DNA of 64,000 nt from Zygnema circumcarinatum SAG 698-1b (taxonomy: Eukaryota; Plantae; Zygnematophyceae), in the NCBI GenBank assembly GCA_037447605.1, contig CM074805.1, positions 963,361 to 1,027,360 on the forward strand, given 5' to 3'. Positions 38,301 to 51,298 of the stretch are shown piece by piece. Both the position numbers and the translations under genes were made by a program. Under the pieces are notes generated by a model. It searched no databases. It was not told the origin of the DNA and saw only the letters and a list, made by a program, of their open reading frames with translations. How positions within the stretch are numbered: the stretch's first letter is position 1; each line of letters starts with the position of its first letter.

Positions 38301-39201
38301 CATTCGATAACTTCCTTCACTGTCGCTCTGACCTGTCCAGCACTTTATGGGCTTCGGGCGCTAAACCTTTCTTTTATTGACAAACAGCCCTGATCCAACA
38401 CACCAAAAGACATACTGAAAACGGACAATTCTACGACCTATATTCTGTTCACAAACACTTTATCCTACTCATTCAGGAATACGACCTACACAAATTACAA
38501 CCTACACGTTGAAATATGATGAGACTAGAAGCATAAAATAAAGGAGAGATCAGTACCTGGCCCAGAGGTATCTTGCATTGTCCACATGCCGCTGTTCCAT
38601 ATCTTCCTCTCGCCAACTGTTACACAATTTTCAAACGAAATGGGTGTGAAACTAATGTTAGAGGACGACATACATTGATTTTGGAGAGAATTCTCCGTTC
38701 TCCGAACAAAAAATGCCTGCATTTAATGCGTATGTCGAGTGTGACGGTGTAAACAAGCACTCCACGTCACGTGTTATGGGTGAAGATATCGTTCTATTGG
38801 CATGAGATATTTTTGCGATGTAACGACTACACACTGCAAGTGTGCATTTTTTCTGTTTAAATGAATTTCAATCCTGTTGAAAAGAAGGGCGGGTGACATG
38901 AAGGAAGCATACAACCAATCAATCTTAAGTTTCTAGATACATCCTTGAGGGGGAAACGCCCTCATGCGCAAAGGAGTTTTGGAGCACATGCCACCCCCCC
39001 CCGCGCTTACAGCTTCTCCAGCTCCCGCATTTCCTTCTCCTCCAGCAGCTGGCTCCGTTCAAACTCCCGATACACCACGTCCTCCGCCCTCCACCCTCTG
39101 TCCTCCGCCCTCCACCTCCGGTCCTCCTCCCTCCAGTGCTTCGACATGCTCGTGTCAAAGGCGGTAAGGAGAGCCTGCGCAGCGTCCATGGTGGAAGCCA
39201 T
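35325..39201 (-). CDS. Orai/CRAC-channel-like protein, paralog B (9 exons, long acidic/Pro-Ser C-tail)
   Basis: TM1 LKAISNLSALFAGFAVVTLTQF, TM2 CLHTIAMVLCTLIL, TM3 FLLELIPIGWIKF (Orai1 FLAEVVLLCWVKF). Same intron positions as paralog A. Confidence 0.88.
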
Positions 39202-39344
39202 GGTTGCTGCCTCAAACTTGCCTTTCCTTTAACCCTAGAATTTCTGCCTGCGCTCTTCTGCCCTAACTTATTCCTGCAAACTTTTCTTGCAGAGAATGTA
39301 CCACCGTATGTGTCCCTGCTGCCTCCCCTGCCCTAACTGTAAGC

Positions 39345-39470
39345 CCTGGATCCCCATCCCCATGTCCATGCCCATGGCCATGGCCATGCCCATGCCCATG
39401 CCCCCATGCCCATCCATGCCGATGCCCATGCCTATGCCCGTGCCCATGCCCATGGCATCATCCAGCATCA
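39345..39470. repeat. (CCCATG)n hexamer repeat between Orai-B and arsM
   Basis: Run of degenerate cccatg/gccatg units. Confidence 0.85.
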
Positions 39471-40072
39471 TCCAGATTCATGGGAAGTTGCCGTACATTT
39501 CCGTATGACTTAATGGCATGTCACGTGGCTTAATTCTACTGGTCATAAAAGCATCTATTTAGCAGAGTTGGCATGCGGCGCCTTCAATGGTCTAATATCC
39601 AGTTCCGCCAATCAGGATTTCCCACGTGTACACGCGTGCATGCGTGCTCGCCTGGACGGACTACGTGGAACCTTCTAATCGGAGCAAAATCATTGCCAAA
39701 CGGACAAATTTACCGTACGTCATCAGATCTTGCGGGGTACGTTCCCAGAAAGTTCAAAACGTTTGTCGCTTTCCCTGTTGGAGGCGGCGCTCTGGCCTGC
39801 CGCAACCTCCCGCACGCGCTTGTGGAGGTTGGTAATGTACGTATTCTACTCACAAATTCATATTGGAAATTCCTGTAACAGTACTTCTTTCAGCTCCAAA
39901 CTGTGCCGCCCTGTCGGATCCGCTCCACTTGCCCTGCGCCGCCCCGCCTCCCTCAGCCCGTTGGTGGGAGGGCGAGGGGGAGAGGGAGAGGGCGAGGGAG
40001 AGGGACGGGGGAGAGGGACGGGGGAGAGGGAGGGGGAGAAGGAGAGGGAGAGGGAGAGGGAGGCGGGTGGCC

Positions 40073-41884
40073 ATGGCCTGCTGCGCGCAGCCCGCGTCGT
40101 GTTCGTACCTGGACAGCGTGGACGAGGAGGCGGGCTCGCTGGGCGGGGGCTGCTGCGGGGGCGAGGCGCCGCCCGGCGACGTGACGCATGCGGACGTCAG
40201 CGAGTACTACGGCAAGCACGTGCAGCAGACCAGCGATCTTCTCACGGCGGCGTGTCTGCTGGAGGTGGGGGAGGGGGCGCTGCTGCAAGGGTTGCTTTTG
40301 CACGGGCAGGAAATTGGTAGCGAAGGAGTGAAGGAACAGCAGCAGATATCGAATGTTAGTTGCAGAATCTGATTATAGAGGAGGAGAAAGACGACGATTT
40401 TTTAAGCATTTGTTGTAATTCATACGCATGGAAGGGCTGCACCAGAGGAGTTTGGCGCCTCGCGGATGATGATAACAGGGCTGAGGAAGATTAAAGATCA
40501 GCAGAAGGGTTTTTGTGGTTTGCTTGTGATTAACTAGATAACGACTTAAAAAGGAAATGGGCCGTCTCCTTCAATTCTAGGTTAAGATGACTTAGTGGCG
40601 ATCATGTGAGGCTTTCGCCTTCCTATAAAGAGCCGGTGTTGTAAGTAAAAACTAGGAAACATTTGCAGTCGGTCGAAACGAAGAAACTGCTTCCGAAATT
40701 TTAAACTATTTGCATTTTGCTGCTGGTGTTTCCCTCTGTGACGTTAAATAATAACTTAATTATGATGATTTTTATGTGTGCCGGAAGGGAACGTAGAATT
40801 ATGGTTGTTTTTGTTGTTTTCTTTTGGTTTGGCAAGAAGATCGGCGTATTCTGTTATCTCAAAGTCATGTCGGAAGTTTCATAATCAGTTTCTTCTCGAT
40901 CATTGTTGGAAACGATAGTCGAGAGGCTTCATAATGCTCTCCTTTAAATTTTCTTTTTACCATACGCATTAAAACTATGAAGATTGAATTGCTGAAGACA
41001 GGTAACCGAGGGTAGCTCTTATGGCCCCAGAAGTTGCCCTCTTTCTTGAAAAACTTACATGTGCTAGCGAGCTTATCTTTCGCGGCTGAATTGGAGGACA
41101 CAAGTCCTTGCTGTTTTTCCTCTTTCTCACAAATTATCACCATTTGGGGCGAGGGGGTGCAGGGCGAGGTAACCAAGGAGGTCCGAAAGCTTCTAAAGAA
41201 TGTGCATCCTGAGATTCTGGACAAGTTTTATGGCTGCGGCTCGCCCATCGCTCCCCTGCTCGAGGTGCCATGAAAGGAGCCTTTCTCTCTAACCTTCAAT
41301 TGTGCTGCTAAGAGGAAGCTGCTACTCGAAAGCTTTATCCTGCTCCTGTTCTCTTCTTTGTTCAACATTCCCCTCACTTTGAGTGCCCTTTTTTGTGGGA
41401 GCCACTTGCAGGGTGCGGTCGTATTGGATCTGGGGTGTGGCACAGGGCGGGATGTTTACACAGCTGCCCAGCTGGTCGGGCAGAATGGACGAGTTATTGG
41501 AGTAGACATGACAGGTAGGGGCAGTGCATTGCTCACAAGGAAGGGCTGCATGCAGTTTTAGCGTTAAACTGTGAGGGTTCGGGTTTTGACACGGAGAAGG
41601 GAAGGAAGCAGCTCTGATTGGAGTGGTGATGAGTGCAGACGAGCAGCTCGCAGTGGCGCGGAAACATGTGGAGTGGCATCGAGAGAAGTTTGGTTTCAAG
41701 GAGTCCAACGTTGAGTTCAGAAAAGCATTCATTGAAGACTTAAAATCAGCCAATATCCCGGATGAGTGAGAGAACATACCCCTTCCTGTCTCTCATGCCA
41801 ATGTGGGGATGTAAACGAGGGGGCCTCACGTTTCCAAGGTCCCTTCGTCCTTGATAAAGTCGATTAACTCGGTCCTCAAGTGCT

Positions 41885-41938
<54 letters not shown>

Positions 41939-42594
41939 CCCGCTGACTGTGAGGCCCTGTATGAATGGCAGATCCGTGGACGTAGTAATGTCAAACTGTG
42001 TGGTGAATTTAGCCCCCGAGAAAGAGCCAGTTCTTCGTGAAGTGTACCGCGTGCTGAAGCCCGGAGGAGAGCTTTACTTTTCCGACATGTACACCGATCG
42101 TAGGGTTCCGGCACATCTGCAAAAAGATAAGGTCAGGAAGGTCGGATCTCCTTTTTAACTTTTCATGGAATATTCTATTCTTATCCTGAGATTTCGCTGA
42201 AGAATTCGGGTAATTAAATACTGAAGGCTTGCAAGAGCTCGTGGTTGGCTCAGGTTCTATTTGGAGAGTGCTTGAGTGGAGCACTTTATATCGAAGACTT
42301 TCGCCGACTCATGGCAAAAGTTGGCCTTGCAGCCTGGGGTCCTACCACAGCTCGGCAAACTGCAGTGATGAATGCTGAGATAGAAGCAAAAGTGGGCGAC
42401 ATCACCTTCTACAGCATCACTGTGAGGGCCATTAAGGTCCCCTTAGAGGACGCTGAGGACTCTCCAGAAGATTATAAGCAGGTAAGAGAGTCTCCTCCCA
42501 CCAGAAAACAACCCTCTGTCAGTGGCCCTACATCGCAATCCATACCTCCCTACTTCTTCTTTTTAAGTGTTCCTAACGCTTCCTGCTCCTGGAT

Positions 42595-42626
<32 letters not shown>

Positions 42627-42943
42627 NNNNNNNNNNCCCCCCCCCCCCCCCCTCCCCCATGCAGCTGGCCACATACAAAGGGACCATTCCCGGACACCCT
42701 GACCTGTTCTCTCTCGACATGATGCGCATTTTCCCTACGGGCATTCCCACACGTGTGGACAGCACCACGGCAGCCGCCCTGCAGGTCTCCCGCTATGGAG
42801 CCGCGTTCGAAGTTTCGGAGAAGAAGGCGCACGGAGGGCCCTTTGGGCTGTGGCCGCTCCCTCTCGCGAGCAGGGCGGGGAGCGTGAAGGCGCTGGAGGG
42901 GTCCGCGCAGAAGGCGAGGGCTGGAGGGGGGTCCTGCTGCTAG
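40073..42943 (+). CDS. arsM: Arsenite S-adenosylmethionine methyltransferase (AS3MT/ArsM), 7 exons
   Basis: Exons 40073-40264, 41163-41264, 41412-41514, 41639-41765, 41972-42131, 42254-42481, 42665-42943. Motifs [64 protein letters not shown]; C-terminal CC. Confidence 0.93.
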
Positions 42944-43897
42944 GGTCATGCACACATTGGAAAAGTATTAGACTATATAGTAGCAGTTTATGGTAGGCAG
43001 GAGCAAGTAAGTAGGAGCAAAATTGCAAGGCGGGTTTGCTCATGTAGGATGATGGCATTGCTACGGCAAGGTGGGGGTATAGGAATATGTGCTTTCTTAG
43101 GATGATGGCATTGCTACGGCAAGTTGGCTCAGAGGAATGTGGTTTCTTATTTTGTTTTTGTTTCGAAGGAATAGATATATCGTTCCCGTCTGTCCACCTT
43201 GGCGTGATGTGACACAAGGTGGGATACCAGCTTGCAAATGTGTTTTTCTTCCCATGTTAAAAATTTTGAAAGTAGTACTACACTCTTTCACGGTGTTTGC
43301 CCTTCATGGCGTCCAAAAAAAACATTCCTGATCGATCTTTCCAAGGGTTTCTTTAATTGATGGGGAAAATGAGGGTCGTTATTGGTTTTAATTCTGGCAT
43401 TTGAAAAGGGTCGTCCATCTCTTTAATGGGAGGCGTGAAATATCCTAAGACAAGTCCTGAAAAGAAAGCAAGCGATGTCTTTTGAAAACCCGGAACTCAG
43501 CGAAAAATGTACACGCAGGCCTCCTTCGAACGTTAGACACTCCATTCACAAAGCTGAGCGGATATCTGAGCGAGCTGCGCAAAAGCAAAACTTTGAGAAG
43601 AGCCCTCTGTATGGCCATCTACTGCTGTGCTACAGTGCGAGAGAATGCCAAAGTACGAAGGCACTCGATCCTCTACCCTCTACTGCTCCAAAACGAGCAT
43701 ACATCGAACAAAACTGGGAACTTCTTCTCTATGTACAAAGAAACCCGGCAGGTCAAAAGCTGCAGCTGCTAAAACTTCTACACACCGACAGCCCTACAAA
43801 AACGCAGAAGGTGCAATCCAACACGAGCTGTCTTCATCCTTCCCCACACTGCAGAGGCGCCCTGAAAGCGCCTGCTTCCAAATACCTTTCTCAGTCA

Positions 43898-46800
43898 TCA
43901 AATTGGTATAAGGTTGGCGTCAGAGGGTCCGTTTATGACCCGACCGAAGGAGTCGAACTGGGAGCCATGGCAGGGGCAATCGAAGGTCGCATCGTTGGGG
44001 TTCCACTGAACAACGCATCCGAGGTGAGGGCAGATGGCTGCACATCCACACCATGGCATTCAGTGAGGTGCTTTCGATTTCAGCATTCAACAAAGCATAT
44101 AGCATATGGCAGCTCATTTCCAGTTCATGCTTTGCACGATGACATTATCCAGCATCTGATAGGCAAAACTACCATGCATTGACGATTTCACAGAAGCACA
44201 CCGGCCATTGAACCTAGAGCTCAGATGGGCTTGCCTGTATAGCGATGCAGGATTCCCCGCTCGTCACGATACGCCGCAATTTTGACTCCGGCTTGCTGGA
44301 TTACCGCTCCGCACCCAGGAGCCAAGTCCTCTATGTCAACTTTGTCCGTACCAACAAATGGGACATAGTAAGCATAGCCCTGCCATCATGAAGATGACAA
44401 AGATTCAGCGACAGACATACATTCAACTTCAGCACATTCCTAGTGTGAGGTATTCTTAACAGAGACAACAAAGACAAGCTCGAGGAGGTGAAAGGCTGCA
44501 ACTTCGCTGAGTGCCAACCTGCAGGTTGTTCTGTACTTCCTCAAGCTCATTTCTGATAGTTGAGAGGTTGATAGGAGGGATTCTGCTGGGATTGTAGACT
44601 TCCGTCCAGGGGTGAGTCCGCCCTAAAATCTGAGAACTGATGACGATACCCGCAATAGTGGCACCTGTCAGGACTTGGCCGCTGTCCCCTGGAAACGGAA
44701 ATAATCGCACATACGGGAATTTCAGTGTTAAGGTCAGGAGTAAAGATAGTAGGGCGAGAGTGAGCCAGAAACAATAGTACTTGTCGTGTACACTATGCGA
44801 ACTGTGGAGAGTATTTAGCCAGAATTTTAAAGTTCAATGGAAAAGCTCCTTAAAATCGTTTAGAGGAAGTAGCCGACTACATAAAGAGCTTCCATCCAAC
44901 TGCAAAAAAACTGACCACTAAAAATAATAGGCAGCAGGCTCCGATGTTGATCAACCAAATGTAACTTGTGCCATCTCGACCGACTACAACTGGTTGAAAT
45001 GGGTCAAAGACAAACATACCAGTAGCAATGTATGTGTTTGTCAAGTTTCCCGGATCTCTGCCGTAAAGTCCCAAAAAGTCGATCGGTTTGTAGGCCTGCA
45101 ATTTCAAGCAATACATTCCACCACCTGAGAGAGGCACAGTGCTAATAACATTTAAGTTCCCATTTAAGTTAACATGTAGCTAAAAACACAGAGCGAAAGC
45201 AAGTTCGAGAGTGAACCTGCCCCGTCCATTGGTAGACCACTTCTTTGGCTGCGGGCCACTTCGTGCGAGCCCAATTTTCCAGCTTCAGCCATGCATTCAC
45301 ATAGCTATCTGGGCGGATGCCGGAGCGGTGGTTTTCACCCCCCACTAAAAGAACATCATGGTCTGATTTTTCGACCAGTCTGACACTGTGATAGGCCGAC
45401 TCAGTATCCCACCATAGGGCTCCTCTGCATGGCGGTTTTCATGCAATTCAGAAGGGGGCTATGCCTGAAGGTAACAAAGAAGGTAACGTGCTTCAAAGCT
45501 CACAAGTTTACAACCACTTCAGGTGTCATGATAGGCAAGGACACTGGTTCAGGGTTCACGAAAACATGCGGCACGAATTTGTTTCGTTGGAGTTTTCACT
45601 CACTCAATGTCGCCCTTGTTCACTTTAAGCCCAATCATGTACGTCCGGTCGGGTTTCTGCCGAGCATGCACGAGCGGATTGCGATGAATTGGACAATGTG
45701 TGGCCAAAACGAGCGCATGTGCCTCCACATATCCACTTTTGGTGTACACAGTTGCACCGGACTTTTTGCGCATGGGGCTGTCTTCGTAAATTTTTCCTCC
45801 ACGTTTTACGATCGCACGAGCAAGACCATTCAGATACCTATTGTTCCGAAAATCAGCAAAAGCTGCTGTAATCAGTTGTTTGCTGAGCTTGTCGAGACAA
45901 TAGATATAGAGTCTACTTTTTGAACGACTTTGTCTCCAAGAAAAGAGCAAGCACCTTCAAGTTTATTCAGTCAAAAAGCTCAGCGTTTGAAGCTTCATCC
46001 AAAGAATGATTCATACTTCAATATGTGCCTCAGAGTATATAGCGCTGGGTTTGCTTATTTACCAGAGGATAGTTATTGAATTGTGGCTGCTGCGATCCTT
46101 GCACGACATTGAAAGTATAAAACTCAAAAAGGAGATCAGAAAAGTAATTCGGGAATAAAACTCACATGAGAGGGTGAAGCTCTGCAGCATTAGCCCATTG
46201 AATGGCTTTGCGGATGCCTTTCGCGAGTGGCTTCTCTCCAAACTCAAGAAGGCGAGTATCAGTGAATCCCAGCCGCCTGCTTGCTTCATATTCCTACTCA
46301 GAACAACACAATGGCATCGTGGTACAAAAAAAAGTGCAGTTTCAGCATAGACAGTCGCACCAACTAAAAGCTTTATGTGTAATCCGAGTAAATTAGAACG
46401 TCTAGACAGAGAATCATGATCAGTTGGACGAAGGAAATAACCTTGATAAGCTTCGTGAGGGTAATATCTCTCTCATCGCTTGCAAATAGGTACCCGTCCA
46501 GTCGCTTGAAGTTGCAGTCGATTCCTTCTTCTTTTATTACATTTTCAACCCAGTCAATAGCCCCGCGATGGCTTTCCGCGACTAAAATGGCTTTCTCTGT
46601 TCCGAAAGCCTTTTCCACAACGTGGTAGTAGTCATCATTCCATGGCATGAGATGCCCAGTCGTTTTTCCTGATTGTCCATGTCCTGCAGCGAATAGAAGA
46701 TCAATATTAGATTGGAAATAGTAAAGGACAGCTTATACATCGCGTGCACAGTTGCTGAATACTACTGGTGACGACTACAACCTCGAGTGCGGTTGCAATC

Positions 46801-47075
46801 TTGAGCAGACCAAAGTACCTTTGCGTACCTATACACTTTGCCTCCAAAACAACCACTGATTTGCCCGCCTTCACAAGGTGATACGCAACGCTGAGTCCCG
46901 CGATTCCGCCTCCTACCACCACTACATCTGCTGAGATGTTGTACTCCAACTTTGGATACTTTATCGTTTGTTCGTGTTGGTCCCATACATTGCGACGAAG
47001 CCCAGGTGTCTTGTTCTCCTCCTGCAGCTTCATCTCAGCGTCATGAAGGTCTTTGGACAAGGTTAACTTGGCCAT
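43898..47075 (-). CDS. YhfW-like FAD-dependent oxidoreductase (DAO family) with C-terminal Rieske [2Fe-2S] domain, copy A (no N-terminal extension)
   Basis: ADVVVVGGGIAGLSVAY, GQSGKTTGHL, FHPL, YIATGDSGQVLTGAT, Rieske CPHLGC...DCPCHGSQF. In-frame TGA lies just upstream of the ATG at 47075. Confidence 0.9.
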
Positions 47076-48968
47076 ATCAAGATCTGTGAATTTTCACTGA
47101 GGCTGCATTAAAAAAAACGAAGCAGTGAAGAGCTCAGTAAGAACCTCACTAAGCAGACTGTATAGCATTCTAGAGGTCAGGAATCAGAGGAGTTTAGGCA
47201 AACACTCCGTCTGTAAATGGAAAGGGACCGGTTTCCTTTCTCAGGCATGCTTTGCACTCCGTGTTTTTCGTGTTAGAAACTGCTTAAGCATCATTTATGC
47301 GACTTCATGAAATTCACCGTTGATCGACGTTACGTAAAGCACGCTGCGCTCCATAAGCAAAGAGAGTTTAGGGCGTTTAGGGAGTTTAGCTTCTTACTTT
47401 TATCTCCCTTGCCTGCGGCAAAGCCGTCAATCTCTCAAAAAAACCAACTACCTGCGAAATTCCATCCACCAAACAGCTGTTCCCTCACGCCTGCCTATGC
47501 AGTTCCACCCAGCTTCAACTTTCCTGTTACCTCGCCGCTGAAGAGTCCATCCTCTTCATCCTATCGATCTCCAACGTCGAATTCCGAGCAGTCAGACATG
47601 GCAGCAGACAGATGGCAGACACAGATGGCAATAATATGCCTGCCGGCATGCAGCCCTGCCATGCAGAATGCCACGTCGCCCTGCTCTCCAAGTAAAAATT
47701 CGCCGCTCCCGCTCTAAGCATTCAGCAATTTCAGCAGCAGAGCCAAAATTGCTATTCTTTCTCCCCTCTAATCTCAAACATCCGAGCGCGACGCTGTCCC
47801 ATGGCAGCACTGCGCTGCTCCAGCATTGGATCATTGAAGGGGGGCTCGTGCAGCCTGTCGACCGTGCGCTTGCTTTCTGGGAAGGAAGGATGCGCATAAG
47901 CAGAATGAGGGCGAGGCTTCACTTGCTGAGAAAAAACGACTCTTACAAATTGCTGGCCGCATCGTGGGTGCGCTTGGAATGCTCATCGAACAACTTTCAA
48001 GTTTCCAATTGCGTGTGGACACACTCTGTGGTAACTTTGTTATTAGACGCATTCGTGGTAGGCATGGCATATGCTTGAAAAAAAGAAGAAATAGAGAGAA
48101 AAAAGTAAGGAAAAAAGAAAGAAAGAAAGAAGAAAGACGAAAGAAAGGCATGGCATGGCATGCTTGAAGGGCTGTCTCCTACTTGTGAATTATTCAGTCA
48201 GGCAGTTTGGTTCTAATCTCTGAGCTACCAAAACATGCTGTTCCATTGGGACCCTCTGAGAGTTGTCAAAATTTGGAGCTGAACAAGAGCATGACTCGTT
48301 CCTACCACGAGAACCTGCTTTGGCATTTCCATAGCAGTTTCAAACTATACTTCGTGAACAAATTTTCACATTGTGAACAGGCTTTCAGTGAAAAATCCGA
48401 TGCTTTTGTTCTCGGTTTTTCCCGAGGCCCTTCGCAACTGCTTCAAGAGCCGTGTTGTTGTTGTTGGGTCTAGAAGCAAAGTTTAAGCTCAGAGCTTTTC
48501 CTTTCGTCCTTAGGTCCTATGTGACCGGTTCCTCGTGGTTCTCGATCTTGCTTATGTCCATGTCCTACCAGCGTCAACTGCCCCACGACCAGCACACTGC
48601 TGCTGCCAGACAAAATTCTCAATCCAGGCTTATCTGTACAACACCACTTTCCTCACCCACTCAGCCGTCGTCTACTTTTCTATGTCTGTACACACACCCA
48701 AATGCTCAAACACCTGAAAGTTGCAGCCACCCCTTGCCATATTCTTGAACTCTGCAGAGTTCCTTTGGCTTTTTGATTCCCAAACTCCTCTGCCTTGCTC
48801 TCCAACATCAATCAAGAGCTCAACAAAACGCTCATGTCAACCCAAACTCCATGAAGACTGCCTTTGTTTCCCACCCCCCCCTTGTCCTTCATCACTCCCT
48901 TCCCCAAAGCAGGCACCCCTGTCATCCAGGCAGCGTGCTTTTCCCCCTCCCCTGCGCTGCCCCTCCCG

Positions 48969-50761
48969 TCACATGGGCTGCAGGCTCGCCTTGGCGGGCC
49001 CGTTGATGAGCCGACCGAAGGAGTCGAAGTTCGAGCCATGGCAGGGGCAGTCGAAGGTCGCGTCGTTAGGGTTCCACTGCACCACACACTTCATGTGCGG
49101 GCAAGTCGCTGCACGCACAAAGCGAGACATGCAAGGGCCGGCGGTTTTAAAACATGTTCTATTCAATGTCACATTGGCTTCCACGCTCAAGCACCCGGAG
49201 ATACATCTCAGCAGCAGCCAAGCAATGAGTAAGCTGCAGGAAGGAAGTAAGTCTCTGATTCCAAACGGGGCTTTCAACGAATCATCATTTGAATGGCAGC
49301 ACCGTTTCTCAATCATCCATACAGAGTTACAGCTCATGAACAGACGAAGGAAAAAAATTGGGAGGAAAGTCGGAAACAGCCTTGCCTGTATAACGGTGGA
49401 CTTTCCCTTCTGTATCGCGATATACCGCGATTTTGTGCAGGCCCTCTTGGAGCACGGCCCCGCAGCCGGGCCGCAGGTCTTCTATGTCGACGCTGTCACT
49501 TCCAATGAACGGAATGTGGTAGGCAAAACCCTAACACACATGGACATGGAGAAGATACGCACAAGCTGGGGCTCAAGAACATAGTCAGGACCTCATAAAA
49601 CATCATGACCAAATAGACATAGCTAAGCATGGGGCTTCTCCAGTCTGGAAACTGAAAACGAGGCATAAAAAAAAACACCTGGAAACCCTTCAAACAGTTA
49701 CTTTTCGATTGTAGCGATGAGTTGTAGAGAAACAGGTGTCAGACAGTTGTGAGGAATTAGTGTATTCCAGCATCTTCATCCCTCCTGCCTCCCTCCCCCA
49801 CCTGCATTGTCTTCTTCGCTTCCTCCAGCTCCTGCTTCAGCGAAGTAATGGAGGCAGGAGGTAGGCGGCTCGGGCTGTATATGTCTGTCCACGGATGGGG
49901 CTGCCCCAAAATCTGTGAACTTATCACAATTCCGGCAATGGTGCCCCCAGTCATGCCTTCGCCACTGTCCCCTGCATTCGGCCCACAAGCGAAACAGGTT
50001 AGGGTTCAGCACAGGAAAGTGGAAACAGTGAAGTGGAGAGCTTTGTTTTGTCAGCATATGACAACCAACCCCGGGATTCGGTCATCCGGAACCCCATGCA
50101 TTATTTCACATCTTTTCTTGTCAGATTCATTGTCAAGTATGAAAATTTGGAAATCATGGAAACCACTACCATACGTGCTGATATTTGACAACACAATGCT
50201 GAGCCCCACTCACCGGTGGCTACATAGACGTTCAAGTTGTTTGCCGGATCTCTGCCATACAGTCCCAAAAAATCGATGGGCTCGTACACCTGCCATCATC
50301 CCCAAAGAAGATATACTCAAACATAATTCACCACTTCCCTCAGGTAATCCTCTTTCCCTAGACTCTCACTTCCCCCTCTATCTTGCCTACCCCTACCCTT
50401 CTTCCTCTTAAACATGGGCCCTAAAACATGGGCCCAAAACAGAACCATAACCGAGAGAGGAAAGGCCCTACTTGGCCAGACCACTTGTAGAGTACTTCTT
50501 TGGCGGCCGGCCACCTGGCCCTCGCCCATTCGTCCAAAGCGGCCCACGTGTCATAGTATTGGCTGGGCCGCATTCCGGCTGGGTGGTCCTCGCCGCCGAT
50601 TAGGAGCACATCCCACTCTTCCTTCTCCTCCAGTCGGACGTAGTGGTAGGGCTCTGCCGTGTCCCACCATGTGGCCCTCCTGTCAAGGTGGAGGAGGGAG
50701 TACAGAACACACCATTACTTAACAAGGAAAGGATAACATCTTTCCCCAATTAGCTGCGCTT

Positions 50762-50823
<62 letters not shown>

Positions 50824-50838
50824 AAGAGAAAGAGAGAG

Positions 50839-50907
<69 letters not shown>

Positions 50908-51201
50908 AGCCAGACCATATGAAAGGGGAGAGTTTTGTGTCATCTAACTCACTTGATGTCGCCCTTGTTGACTTTGAGGCCGACCACATAAGTGCGAACC
51001 GGCTTCTGGCGAGCATGCACGAGCAGGTTGTGGGTGATCGGGGAGTTGGTGGCCAGAACGAGGGCCTCCGCCTCCACTTTTCCCTTGGACCCCACTGTCC
51101 GTACAGAAGTCCGCTCCTGCTCAAAGACCGGACTCTCCTCAAATATCTTCCCTCCCCGGCTTACTATCGCAGCAGCAAGGCCATTCAGATACCTGCGCTC
51201 A

Positions 51202-51298
<97 letters not shown>

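Noticed and set aside
43045-43125. 26-bp direct repeat downstream of arsM
   Set aside because: A simple local duplication with no evidence of function.
43475-44182. 235-aa plus-strand ORF (also the 287-aa ORF at 48721-49584)
   Set aside because: Antisense shadows of the Rieske exons of oxidoreductase copies A and B.
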